DNA of 62,850 nucleotides, counting the filler, from Rhabdomonas costata (Eukaryota): assembly GCA_019059605.1 (NCBI GenBank). It is 52 parts of 52 records of this genome, joined end to end, with 100 filler letters (N's around TTAATTAATTAA, not from the genome) between each part and the next. Parts side by side here need not be neighbours in the genome. Positions count along the whole stretch, not along the records: positions 36,328 to 37,438 come from JAHMHO010028089.1; positions 37,539 to 38,649 come from JAHMHO010028090.1; positions 38,750 to 39,859 come from JAHMHO010028091.1; positions 39,960 to 41,069 come from JAHMHO010028092.1; positions 41,170 to 42,279 come from JAHMHO010028093.1; positions 42,380 to 43,489 come from JAHMHO010028094.1; positions 43,590 to 44,699 come from JAHMHO010028095.1; positions 44,800 to 45,910 come from JAHMHO010028096.1; 44 more parts are not named here. One strand, given 5' to 3'. This document shows positions 37,005-49,424 of the stretch, piece after piece. Below the pieces are notes generated by a model, which saw nothing but the letters and a program-made list of their open reading frames with translations, had not been told where the DNA came from and ran no database searches. The stretch's first letter is position 1; each line of letters starts with the position of its first letter. The translations under genes were made by a program, and so were the position numbers.

Positions 37005-39462
37005 CCGCGGGCATGTCCCCAGCCACAGCAGAAGGAGGGCTGGGGAGCCGTCCAGGCGGGGACCCGGAAACATCCTCCCCCAAGATGCTCGGAGTCAAAG
37101 TCAGAGGAGGCGCATATCCAGCAGCCCTTGTGACCGAGAAAAGAGTCTAATATGCTTTACATCAGCCAGAGTAAAAAACCTAGCCATCAACACAATGACC
37201 AGTCTCGTGCCCACCACAGAATCAGAGGCTAACTGATCGAGCTTGGGGAAGCCTGAAACCCCCGGTCTGCAATGCGGTATATCTACCAAGCATTTTGGCA
37301 ACCCAGCTCGGCATCCCCAAATCCATTTACAGTAAGAAAATGACTTCCTGAACTTTTGGAACCAAGCCAGCACCGAGAAACCGCCCCGGTTGAAGCAAAG
37401 AACAGTGCATTGGAGAAAGCGTGCAGCTCCCTACACCCNNNNNNNNNNNNNNNNNNNNNNNNNNNNNNNNNNNNNNNNNNNNTTAATTAATTAANNNNNN
37501 NNNNNNNNNNNNNNNNNNNNNNNNNNNNNNNNNNNNNNGTTGGTGGGGTAACAGGCAAATGGAAGGCAGTGGCGTCGCGCGAGGCAAGGCATGGCGTAGA
37601 TTCTCCTGGCCCGTGCGTGTTGCGATTGCCGACACTTTTGCGAAATCACCTGTGTGTGTGGCCTCTATGGGGTTGAAGCCCAGATCCTGCCGCCGCATTA
37701 TTTTTCTCATGGTCCTCCATCTTTCAGTAGTGTAGTATCTTTTCAATTTTCCACGTCTCACGTGCAACAGCTCTCGAAAAAAGCTTGCCTGTAGCTTTTG
37801 CTGTGCAATGAACTTCTGTATCTCAGCCCCCCCGTATCAATTTGTGCCGTTGCAGATAGCTCCATCCAATGCACGCAGTTTGGGTACCATTTTGTGAAGT
37901 GAATCTGTTAGCCAGCGATCCTGCTTTTGAAGGGAGATGACTGGAAGGAAGCCTGAGTTGCGTTTCTGCGTCATTTGGGAAATTTCAGTCAAATGAGCTG
38001 CAACCGATAAGGTATTCCTGCGAGCGCCTTTGTATCTGTTCCTCGACTCCAGTTCCCGGTGTGTGCTGTTGACTGCCGCCGAACTGCATGACGTGGAGAA
38101 TGATTCTTGCCGAAGGTATGGTAAAATGGTGCAGAATGAAGGCCTTAATCCATCCCAACATCCCAACATCCATCTATCCATCCATGGAAGGCGTCTTTCC
38201 CGATAGTGCGTAGTTCCCGTTCCCCCGTTGCCTTCCTTGGTTGTGCTGGTCTTTCTTGCGGGTTTGCGGGCTTCATCCATACATTCATGGCATTCTTTGT
38301 CCCCATTTGTCGAAATGCAGCCTTCCCCTAGATCAGGGCTGCAATCTGGAGATGGCATGTGATGTCATATTTCTTGCGCGGGATTGTGTAACGGTCCTCC
38401 TAATGTCAGAAACCGGATCTTCTCCCCCGGCCAAGGATCACTCCTTGCCCGGAAACACATACTCCCACAACACATACTTTCACCCAAGTTTTCCCCCTAA
38501 CGAAATTCCCTTTTGGCCAAAAGACCTTTCTGGCCATTCCCCTTGACCATTGCTACTGTCTTTTCCCTGCGCAACACCCCTTGTCTTTTCGTGCTTTTCT
38601 TCCTGCGTTTCCTTTGGTACCGCTTTTCCCCCGCGGACCTTTTGGTCACNNNNNNNNNNNNNNNNNNNNNNNNNNNNNNNNNNNNNNNNNNNNTTAATTA
38701 ATTAANNNNNNNNNNNNNNNNNNNNNNNNNNNNNNNNNNNNNNNNNNNNCGCCAAGGGGCTACACGGAAGGCCCATTTTCTGCCTGAAAAGATGTCGCTA
38801 TCTTAAAGTCAAGCCGCAAAAGAAAGGAAACAACATTCTGGAGGGGGGGTGGCCCTAACACTCCCAAAGCAAAAAAACAACAACCCTGGACTCCCAAAAA
38901 CCCATCGGGAGAGAAAGAGAATTTACCTCAACCACCCTGCACCTCTCCCCTCATGCAACGCGCGAGTGAGGGGACGGTGCGAGTTCAGTTTTGTGAGATA
39001 CAAAAATGCTCCAAAAATGAAAATGGTCGGTACTCTTGCACCCACTTCGCCGTTTCTTTTTACGAGAGGAGCACACAACTGCTTCCAATTCGTCTGGGCC
39101 ATCTCGCGCGCGTCTGCACATTGCCACTTTGTCGTGGTAGTCTTCCCATGATCGTACGTTGCTGCTGCTATCATTGACTAGTGACGTTAAAATGATGTTA
39201 AAATGATGTTAAAATGGAAGCAAAAAGCTCTCCTGAAGACAAGCGCCCCCAGGATCTAAATTTGGATCTGTGCCCATGCCCATTATTACGGCTGTGACTC
39301 ACCGCAAAATCATGGAGACACTGCTCTCATTCATCCCAATCCGATTCAGCCGCTTCTCAATAGAACTACCGAATTTGCCCCACTCTGATTTTGGGAGCAG
39401 AAACACTCACATCTCGGATTCGAAGGTGTTCAGCTCACCCCCTCTCAATCTCTCTCTCCTTC

Positions 39463-39859
39463 TCAAGGTGGGGGATCAGTTTCCTGCTGGCGTTCAAGCT
39501 CCAACGCACGAGCCTCGTAGCCGTCGGGCTCATCCAAATCCTCTCCCCGCTGCTGCTCCCCGGAAGCAGCAGCTGAATCCACAGCGGTGGCTGCAGCGGC
39601 TGGCGTGCAGCTGCACTCCGCGCCCTCCTCCCTCTGCCGAGAGAGCTCCAGAGACCGCTGCTCGTATGCATCTTCGGGATCACCCACCATTGCTTCTTCC
39701 GCAGTCCGCCCTGCAGGCGCCGCCGCAGCAGCTGTGGGAACAGCGTAGTTGCATCGAGGATCAGTTAATTGGGGACCGGAGGGGACTGGACCCCGCGAAG
39801 ACACCTGCCCCATGACGGGCTCCAAGGAGCGCGAAAGAAGCGCCGATCTGCTGGAATAG
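39463..39859 (-). CDS. Probable terminal exon with two UIM-like motifs
   Basis: DPEDAYEQRSLELSRQ and DEPDGYEARALELERQ resemble each other and the ubiquitin-interacting motif (acidic-L..AL.LS..E). Confidence 0.45.
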
Positions 39860-41441
39860 NNNNNNNNNNNNNNNNNNNNNNNNNNNNNNNNNNNNNNNNN
39901 NNNTTAATTAATTAANNNNNNNNNNNNNNNNNNNNNNNNNNNNNNNNNNNNNNNNNNNNGTGGGGTTTTTACATCGCATGGGCCCCATGATTCCCCATGC
40001 GATGTAAAAAGCCGGTACAGTTGAAAACCTCGTTCCATGAAAAAGTCACATGACCTTAGGAGGAGGACCATGTGCTGACAAGGTTTTGCGAAGGGGAAAC
40101 TATTTCACTACCTCCAACTACCCATGTCCCAATGGTGGTTTTTTTGATATGGCTTCTGCCTTGATGCAAGAATGCAGCGAGTGAACGTAGATGTCACCCC
40201 GGTACCCCGTGTAACCATCCATCAAGAAAGCCCGAGACTGGGGCCAACATTGCTGATCATCTTCCTGTGGGTGGCAATTGCCGCACGTCAGCACCACAGC
40301 AGTAGTACTGAGGGAGGAGCATCGCAGAGTTACAAAAACCAAAAGAACAAAAAAAAAGCGAAGAGAGCACACATGGGCTGACATACGCATGGACTCCACA
40401 ATGCTTCCCCGAGGCAGCACAAAGAACTGCGAGGGGACAGCGAGGTACACACATGAGAATGAGGCCAAATGGTGTGAAAAAGAAGGCACGGATGCGGGGC
40501 AAGGTGGTACGCACAGTGTGGTTGAAAGAATGTAGGGGGATGTATGTGAGTCGGGAACCCCGAGGCACGTGAAGAAAAATTAGGACAAAAGGAGGCAAAA
40601 GGAGCTCAACTAAACATCAGCGCAGAAGCCATTCCTACCAGTTCCCGTGACCTTCACGAAACCCTCTCCGGCATAATCTTCACACTCCTCACACTCTAAA
40701 CGCACTGGCACAAACACAGCAAGCCCAGTGTGTTTAGCTGCCGCGTTCCCCCGTGCGGTGGGTGCAATGAAGCTTCTTCTCTATTTGGGGCAGGAAAGGC
40801 TGTTCATTTGCATCGAACTTAATTAATTGGTGAGAAAAAACACAAGGCCCGGAGGTGATCACCACCTCAATGATGGGCCCGCCCACATTTTGGTTTGTTT
40901 GATCAGGCAAAAATACTAGAATCCCACTCTAAGTCATGTTTTGACCGATCCACCCAGCATTGCAAGCATAGGGTCAGCGCAATGCACCCCAGAGCGGCTT
41001 GGGCAAGGGATATGTGACGGCGAGGCACACTACACTGCACCTCTGCGTGTAATGGCCCTGAATCCCCCCNNNNNNNNNNNNNNNNNNNNNNNNNNNNNNN
41101 NNNNNNNNNNNNNTTAATTAATTAANNNNNNNNNNNNNNNNNNNNNNNNNNNNNNNNNNNNNNNNNNNNATGGTTCCATAGTAGCATGTAAGGAGTAGAG
41201 AGACACCCCAAATGACCAAGGCGTCAACAAGGCTGGATGTCGTTTTGTTGCAGAAAGAAGCTTGCCCATGGTGGTGATCGTTCCACGTGGTGAGGAATCT
41301 CTTTCAGAGTTGATTTCAGATGTTGTTATTTCACAGTGGAGGTGGAAGAGGTTACTCCAACTAAGCATTACCAGCTAAATAGCCTAAGTGGAAGGTCAAA
41401 AAAGTTGCGAGATTCGCTCAGGAAGGAAGTTGAGAATTTAA

Positions 41442-42279
41442 TTGTGCGGTGTTACCAACACCTCCATAGATCGAGAAGTTAACCAAGAATTTGCGCACAT
41501 CTTTACAGCTTCAGTTCCAGGAGGGTTATCCCCTTCGAGGAGGACGGACCACAAGATTGATTTGAAGCCTGACAGTAAGGTACCATCCCAGAGGATGTAC
41601 CGAATGTCCACGGCGGAAGATGAAGAATTGCGGAAGCAACTGAAGAGTCTCCAGTAGCTTGGTTTTATAGAACCAAAAATCTTGCCTTGTGGCGCAGTGG
41701 TGCTGCTCGTTCCAAAGGCCAACGGTAAGTTGCGTCTGTGCGTGGATTACAGACCGTTGAATGCGATCACTGTTACAGATCCGTACCACTTATCCCAAAT
41801 CGACGAGATGATTGATCACGCGGGGAAGGCGAAGTGGTTTTCCAACCTAGATTTTGCATGCGTGATTCAATCATATCAGCATTCACCCGGAGCATGTGGA
41901 GAGGAAATTCAAGACAAAGTATGGGTTGTTCCAGTTCACATTGATGCCGTTTGGTTGTGCAATGCCACAGCCAAGTTCCAGAGAACCATGGACGGCATTT
42001 TAGATGACTCAAGAGAGACAACATGGGCGTACGTGGACGACAGACCATGTGGAAATATTGCGGTTGTTGTACCAGAGGTCGGATAAAGAGAAGATTTTTG
42101 AAAAGCCAGAGAAGTTTATGTTTGCACAGCCATAAGTCGAGTATTGTGAATTTATTGTGTGGAGAAATGGTATTAGACCCCAGCCGAGAAGGTTAATGGC
42201 AGTGTATAAATGTCCGAAGTTTCGGAACCCTACAGGTGTGAAGAGTTTTCTTAGGTTATGTTGGTCTTACCGGAGATTT
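41442..42279 (+). mobile_element. Ty3/Gypsy reverse transcriptase relic
   Basis: DHKIDL...PSQRMYRMS..E.EELRKQL; VLLVPKANGKLRLCVDYRPLNAIT; MPFG-CNA.AKFQRTMD; AYVDD; VKSFL.L; many stops and frameshifts. Confidence 0.95.
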
Positions 42280-42479
42280 NNNNNNNNNNNNNNNNNNNNN
42301 NNNNNNNNNNNNNNNNNNNNNNNTTAATTAATTAANNNNNNNNNNNNNNNNNNNNNNNNNNNNNNNNNNNNNNNNNNNNATTTAACGTTACAAATACCAC
42401 CATTGCCGGTATTGCTGAATGCTCGGTGTTATATGACCCCTCTTCCGTGCCTTACTCTGCTACCATAAAATCAGGCATC

Positions 42480-43130
42480 AAAACCCAATGGCGTCACGAA
42501 GGAAATTGCCAATAATTATCGTGGTGCCACAAATCATGTTTGGCGTGCTTGAATTTCAGTGCCGCTTTGAAAAGGACAGCCTGTGGTGCATTGCGCAAGC
42601 TTAAATGCCAAAATACAATAGACAGGAAAGAATTGAGGGCACAAAAAGCTCAGTTTAGCAGAAAAGCATGGCATTTAAGAACAATGTGGATTGTCAGCGT
42701 TGAATGGTGCTTTTGAAGCCATTGGATAGAATTCAAACATCACAGTGATTACGAGGTGATGTAACGTTTGAAGAAATGGGGATGAAGATGAAGACAAGTA
42801 CATGTACGGTAAGCTGATAAATAACAATTCAGTGCGGAGAAAACATAGAGGACCGTTACAAAGTAATTGGTCGTCAGCAGCAATCCCATCTTTCGCAATA
42901 GCAGTGGATAATGCAACGGTGCTACATACCTACGTGGTCTCGGAGGCCGTTTTCTTTTTACGTTTAATGGTCATCCATAAATGACGTTTGGACATCGTAC
43001 GGATGTTCTAGTTAAACACAGTTCGATATACAGAGGTCTCACCTTTTGTGTAGAGACGATATAATGATATACAAATGGTTTTGAATGACTTGAAACAATT
43101 TATGGTATTGACGGAGTGCCTTTCGAGCAG
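42480..43130 (+). mobile_element. Possible highly decayed Polinton/Maverick-type protein-primed DNA polymerase B relic
   Basis: Ordered fragments across frames: VVHCASL, QFSRKAW, KLINNNSV, SIYRGLT, MIYKWF, LKQ.YG, against the pPolB order VVHY.NL, F.Q..WL, KLMNNSVFGK, PIYVG, MY.F.Y, K..YG. Confidence 0.35.
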
Positions 43131-43653
43131 CAGCAGCAGCAGAAGGAGTAGCATACGCATTACAGAAAACACCAGCAATTACAAGAGTAGGAGGCAGCTT
43201 GAGTGTAGTTTCGCAGTTATAATTTAGAAGTCAAGCATTTACTCTCGCCTTTTGAATTAGAAGATGAAATGGACTGTTTGGATGTAAAAATGGGCCGCAA
43301 AAAGCGGCATGTATGGTGTAGGCGCCCTCTCAGCTTCCCCCAAACCACAGTGGCCGAAATCCACACTTGATAGCTGAGGGGCATCCATCCACGCCGGGGC
43401 TTGCCACTGACGCTGAGTTGGTGTCGTGCCAGGGGCTAAGTGGAACGTGGTAGTGGCTGCGGTTGTGGAATGCTGTGCAGGAGGCGCCCNNNNNNNNNNN
43501 NNNNNNNNNNNNNNNNNNNNNNNNNNNNNNNNNTTAATTAATTAANNNNNNNNNNNNNNNNNNNNNNNNNNNNNNNNNNNNNNNNNNNNCGTCACCGACA
43601 TTGTCACAAGACGTTTAGGCTGAGAGGGTAAGTCCACTCATGAGGGGAGCCAC

Positions 43654-44065
43654 CTGAAGCTGAAGCTGAAGCTGCTGCTTTCCTGTCTTCTTGACCTCTT
43701 CCCAGACCTCAGAGTAGATCTCTCTCACAGCCTGCATGGACTGAGCCAGGCTCTGTGCCTCCTGCTTGAGGTCGCTGTACTGCCTCCACCCCTCGTCCAG
43801 GGTCCGGCTCAGTCCCACCACGTACCCCATCGTCCCCGTGCGGGCAAGGAGCTCGGAGACCATCCCGTTTGTGACCAGGGCGGCGACCTCCGCGGTGGCA
43901 CCGCGGGCCCACGACGAGACAAAGGGCTGTGTGACCTCCAGGGTGTACGTGAAGGTCTGGTGGCGCCCCGAGCTGAACTGGTTGAGGTGCCGCACCAGGT
44001 CCTGGGCAGCCAGCTTGGCGGACTGAGGGAGGACGTTCAGCAGGGAGTTCGGAATCTCCGCTGAG
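43654..44065 (-). CDS. Long internal exon (coiled-coil-like end) of an unidentified gene
   Basis: About 135 open GC3-rich codons EIPNSLLNVLPQSAKLAAQDLVRHLNQF...KQQLQLQLQ|GTGGCT. Confidence 0.5.
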
Positions 44066-45005
44066 AGGCTGTGAACCTACCCCAAGGTGGTTGTTGGTTG
44101 TGGAGGGTGTGCGGGGAGGAAAAGTATCCCTAAGAGCCCTAAGAGCCATTGGGATCCATTGGGAAGTAGACCCAACCCCGCGATGCCACGTACCACATTT
44201 TTTCAATTTTTTTCTTTGAAGATGGGTTATAAAAATGCGCGCTGAAAACCATCGCCATGGCGAAAAAGGTAATTGTTGCGTTCTGCAAGGTTTCTGAGAA
44301 TCTAAAAACTATCAAACATGATCTCCCTTCAAGACCACTTTTACCCCATAGCCGACCACATCTTACCGCCGCTGAACTGTCCAAGTCGCGTGAATTGCGG
44401 TGCATGCCTTGGCAGTGCACTGCAGAACGATGGGGAGGCCCGCAAGGCTGCTGCCAGACTGCACGTCAACGTCAAAGCTTCCCCTCAACCACTCCAAAGG
44501 CAGCGGCGAGGGTGGGGTCGCACTTGCATCAGCCCCCCAAGGGGGGCAGGCGGGCTCGAGAAAAATAGAAAGGCTTCACGGCGACGTTTTTAAAGCTATG
44601 AGAAGAGCTGGTAAAGGGGCAGTCTGACTGACGGGTGTACGTGCACAATGGGGGCCTTAAAATTACGATCATTTGAAGTACAGCCCATCCCCAAAAAAAN
44701 NNNNNNNNNNNNNNNNNNNNNNNNNNNNNNNNNNNNNNNNNNNTTAATTAATTAANNNNNNNNNNNNNNNNNNNNNNNNNNNNNNNNNNNNNNNNNNNNT
44801 TGTGGTGTGGTTGAACGTGGAAAAGGGAGAAAGACAGGAGAAGTAGGGGGGATGGGACGGGACTGACGGGACGGAAATGCAGGTAAAGGTCCATTTTCTG
44901 TCAGCCCTTCCATTCAACAAAAGACCGCAAGGGTTAGCAGCGATGTCATTCCTGAGACTGAATGCAGCAGAGTTTCAGTGCCGGAATGGGGGGGGGGGCA
45001 TGCAG

Positions 45006-45553
45006 ATTGTGTTCAAGTCGACACCTTTTTATGAGGAGCACTCCACTCTGGACTGCGTGGTGTACCTCACGGCGGATTCGGACCGAGTGCTTCGAGGCTT
45101 AGGTTCCTTCTTGTTCACGTGCCTCCCCGGCCTGTTGTTTTTGCACCGCCTGCGCGGATTTTGCGTTTTGTAGGGAACGGTATTCGGTGGCACAAACTGT
45201 AAGCAATGGACGCCAGAATGTTTTTTGTCTTTCAGCACCAGTTTTGTTTTGAGGTTGAGCAATTAGAACATGCCGGTTCCGTCCGCTTCTTGTGACGCAA
45301 GATTCACTCCCTTCACACTTCGAAGTCAAACGGCAAATCAAGGCTGCCAATGGCCTTGGACTTCACCTCCTTGATGGTTGGCTACTCGAGCTGTCGTTTT
45401 CCTCCTTTGTTCTGCCGTTACTGTATACAAAAATGCATGTGAAATACATGTAAGCTGTAAGCTGTATGCCTCCTCCGTCCCGCTGCGTACACGTCAATAG
45501 AGATGGACAAGGTATACATCATTGGGGGTCTGGTGGACCACAACCACCATCAG
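45006..45553 (+). CDS. TRM10: tRNA m1G9 methyltransferase TRM10 family; exons 45006-45102 and 45501-45553
   Basis: VVYLTADSDRVLRGL|EMDKVYIIGGLVDHNHHQ, the SPOUT TRM10 signature, joined in frame by a GT-AG intron. Confidence 0.93.
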
Positions 45554-46011
45554 GTGCGTTTCCTGCGGACATTTCAACGCTCGTGTGCTTTTTTGGCTGT
45601 GAATGGCAGTCTTGCTCGGAAAAATACGGTGGGCAGGAAAATGTCGGCGCACCGTGGTTTTGCGCAAGCGAAAATGTGTCCTTAGGTTTCCTTTGTTTCC
45701 ACTGTGGACACGTCGACTGCGCACGCCACAGGCCAAACCGGCACTCGTGACCCCCCTCTCACATATCAGATGTCCAGCCTTGTCTTTTCGAAGTCGCCGG
45801 CCGCTCCTGTTCTCCCATGACCCCCTGCCCTCTATCTTTTTCCAATCCCCAGCGTACCCTTGCGCCCCCGATGCGCTTCTAACGCAGGGTGCTCCCTTTG
45901 GTTCCCAACCNNNNNNNNNNNNNNNNNNNNNNNNNNNNNNNNNNNNNNNNNNNNTTAATTAATTAANNNNNNNNNNNNNNNNNNNNNNNNNNNNNNNNNN
46001 NNNNNNNNNNT

Positions 46012-46131
46012 CTGGGGCTCTGTGCTGCGCTGCTTTTAGGGTGACGGAGTGTGGAGAGGAGTTTATAGCCTAGGCTATAAACTCCTCTCCACACTCCGTC
46101 ACCCTAAAAGCAGCGCAGCACAGAGCCCCAG
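46012..46131. repeat. Perfect 120-bp palindrome at contig start, probably a fold-back artefact
   Basis: Centred on CCT|AGG at 46071/46072 with no loop. Confidence 0.92.
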
Positions 46132-46505
46132 GCCAAAACGCTGATGGAGGACCGAGGAGCGGGAAGGCCAGGAAGAAAAAGGGCTGAAGAACAACTTCGG
46201 TGAGACAGGACACGAAGCTCTGCCCCCAGAAAGCAAGGCAAACCAAGGCCAGTATTGGTGGGTTCGCGCTTGTTTGTACGGAGGCTCAGTATTCAAAGAC
46301 GTGTTCCCCTGGGGTTGAGCAGAGTTGAACCCAAAATGACGGATCTTCCCTCTCTATTGCCGTTCCGTCCAAGTGGATTAGTGCGCTTAACTTCACCACA
46401 GATGGTGCGGACCTGCCACAAGATACACAAACGCCGACAAAACTGAAGGACAAAACTTGAAATAAAAAGGGGCTTAAAGTGGACAATAATTCTCTATCTC
46501 GTTAC

Positions 46506-46599
46506 CCACTTCCCCCGCTGGTCAATGTTGGGCCCCAAAACGTGCAGGGTCGGGAGACATACTACATGAACAACATTGACCATTCGGGGGCAGGGGGGG
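46506..46599. repeat. Hairpin repeat family B, second copy
   Basis: CTTCCCCCGCTGGTCAATGTTG, 40-nt loop, CAACATTGACCATTCGGGGGCAGGGGGG. Confidence 0.8.
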
Positions 46600-49181
46600 A
46601 GGTCGAACCTTAGGTGGAAAAATGCCTGCCCTAAAATGGGGCAAAACCCCCCCAAAAAAAAAGGGGGGGGGCAAAATTTGGAGACCGAGCCTCCAATAGA
46701 GCACGAGTAAGTCCTTGTGTACATTTAGGTGTGCCCAATTTTCTTACAAAACTGAGATTCCCCTCTCCTTTCCCTTTTTCTTGGTCATTTCACCACCCGC
46801 ATTCTTGGGCCCCTCTGCTTAAAAATTCGCCCTTCTCTGTGATTATTGCTGGGATTATGTTCGCCAAGTCCAGCATGCTACACTTTCACTGACCAAAAAA
46901 GTGTCTGATTCATTTCGCTCTTCAGTATTGTGGCAAGCACCGGTGACATGAAGGACCTTATTTCTCCATTCCCTTCCGTGAATCCAATCCTTTTATAAAT
47001 GGCGTAAAATTTCGCACCTTCATCACGCTGAAAAGCAAAGGCCTAACACTGTTGCCCAGCAGGTCAAGGGTAGGCACAACTACCAAACATCTAGGGGAGC
47101 TGGAACGAAAATACAAAAACNNNNNNNNNNNNNNNNNNNNNNNNNNNNNNNNNNNNNNNNNNNNTTAATTAATTAANNNNNNNNNNNNNNNNNNNNNNNN
47201 NNNNNNNNNNNNNNNNNNNNGGTGTGGTTGCCAAAAAGTGCGTGACTGTTTTACGACAGGTACGGTGTTGTTTTTCGTCTGAAGTCTAACGTGCGATTGA
47301 ATCTGAGATCTCCATCGGTCAGGGGTGTGTGTGTCATGTCTAATGCTGCAACGGGTGGAGGCGTGCAAGGCTTTGTGGTCTTTTCTCTTGTGATTGGGTG
47401 CGTTATATAAAGATGGCATCTGTTTAGCTCGGATTTTGGCAACTACGGGGTCGCTCTGCAAACCAACAAAATTGGAAGTTACGAGCTTTGAAAGTGGGAA
47501 TATGGTGTCTTGACTTCTGCGGACTCGCGGTCTATGGCTCTCTTCTTATTTACGGGCTGGCTGTGTGTGTGACTCTGGCTATCTATTCTGCATTTCTCAT
47601 ATATTCAAGCGAGCCGAGACTTACGCAGCAACAAAGCAAGTACAGCAGCGTTCACAACCACAACTTAAACACTTACAATTCCACATACTATAACCCCACC
47701 TGGGTTTTGCGCCGGATTTTTGTCTCCGTGCTTCTCCCTTGCAACCTATTTACAACGCACTACAGAATGAAGCAATGGTAAAATATCAAAGACAGAAACC
47801 TCTGTTCAGAGTCTTCCAATCTCCTTGGTCTGAAGAAAAACCTTAATTCAACAAGGACAACTCTGGCCAAAAAATGGTCCAAAGAATTTTCAAACAACAT
47901 CCTTGAATGTGGTCAAATTTCTTTGAACTTTCTTTGAATTCCTCCACTTGCGACATTATAGTGATAATCTTCGGTCTTTCTCGAATTCTTCTGACTTCTT
48001 GTGCAAAAACTTTACCATGCAACTCTTTCGTTCTTGCAACCTTTCTGCCTCTGGACTTTGGCTCTCGGCAATTTCTTACCAAGCTCCTTTTTTCTTTGAC
48101 TGTCCTCCATTACGAACTTCTCTTCTGTCACTTCGCTGCTGCTTGCTGCTCTTCTTTTTCTCTTTCCCTTGGAATCTACTCCCCCATTGTCATTCTCTAG
48201 CTGCCTCTCCCGGGATTTTGCAACACTCGTCTCTCAGGGTCGGCATTCTCTCCATTACTCTTCCCCGTATTTAAATTCTATGTTTTGACAGCTTTTGCCT
48301 CTTGCTTTCCCCCCTGGTACCACAACACCANNNNNNNNNNNNNNNNNNNNNNNNNNNNNNNNNNNNNNNNNNNNTTAATTAATTAANNNNNNNNNNNNNN
48401 NNNNNNNNNNNNNNNNNNNNNNNNNNNNNNCCTCCCCCCCACACATATCTTCTGCTTCTTTTGCAAAATGGGGGGTGACGGAGTTGAAAGCGTAAGCGCA
48501 ACATTTATAGGAAAGGTTCAAACAGAACTTCCGGCGGTCAGCAGAATCCACTGTAAGAATTGGCCCTTGTTCATACGGCAAGGTGGAGAGAGGAGGTGCA
48601 AAAGTGCACAAGTGGAAGTTAAAGCCGTGACAGAAAGTGGACTTTTTGGAAGCCTTTTGGTTGTTGCGTTTTCTTGTGTACCTGGTACTGCGCACCTACA
48701 CTCGAGTTTTCATAGAGCTGCCTTCCATCCTGTCTCAGTTGATATGATAATGAATTTTTGCGCGTATTGCCCGTTTGATTTGATCTCAAAAGTGTGAAGC
48801 GAGAAAGCGTTTCCGAAAAATGGCAGCATGTGGCCTTACCGAGATGGGGTTGGACTAATTCCAATTCCAGTCATTCCCAATTATCTGTGCCTTGGTTTTT
48901 GTGTGGGTTGATTGAGAATTCCAATAGTATGCTTTGTAATGCACAGGGAGCTCAAAAGCCACGGAGCTACCTCCGCCCCTTTTGCTAAGAAAAAAGAGAG
49001 TATGGATTTATTGACACGCTTGTTCGGCATTACAGTCCTTCTGGTTCGGGTTTGGAGTTCTCTCATTTGAAGCGCGCGCCTATTGAATTGTGCTGACTTT
49101 CAATCTGACTTTTTCGTTGCATTTAGAATTTTCAATCAATGACAAAGGTACGCCGAAGGAACCATCACGCATTGCATTCAG

Positions 49182-49424
49182 TGGACGGCCTACGCCCGCC
49201 TCAACTTGGACGTCCTGCAAAACAGCCACAACCCAACCGTGTATATCACGGATAACGTACCCAACGAGTTCCACAACGCCAGCGAGCTGCAGTATTATGT
49301 GGTGGACCAGGACACGGGGCAGAAACTCCTGTCAATCTACAAGCAGGTCATTCCGCTGAACGTCTACCCTTCCGACGTCACGCGCCCGGAGTACCTTTTG
49401 TGGGAGAACGAGCTGGTATTCTAG
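49182..49424 (+). CDS. Terminal exon of an unidentified gene
   Basis: TTGCATTCAG|WTAYARLNLDVLQNSHNPTVYITDNVPNEF...EYLLWENELVF*; strong C/G third-position bias. Confidence 0.72.
   Translation, partial: WTAYARLNLDVLQNSHNPTVYITDNVPNEFHNASELQYYVVDQDTGQKLLSIYKQVIPLNVYPSDVTRPEYLLWENELVF

Noticed and set aside
37539..38358. Minus-strand ORFs as a LINE ORF2 fragment
   Set aside because: No diagnostic endonuclease or RT motif recognised.
40819..40828. Internal TTAATTAATT as a leftover spacer
   Set aside because: No flanking Ns and incomplete; a chance AT-rich match.
46012..46131. Perfect palindromes and fold-backs (also 35121-35229, 53016-53164, 59324-59520, shorter ones near 20414-20480 and 39966-40010) as hairpin telomeres, MITEs or pre-miRNAs
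   Set aside because: All touch contig ends, have perfect or near-perfect arms and share no sequence, which is the pattern of amplification or library chimeras.
47930..48110. Possible chromodomain remnant of a chromoviral integrase (minus strand)
   Set aside because: Too degenerate; only a loose 'RVAW.SF' resemblance.
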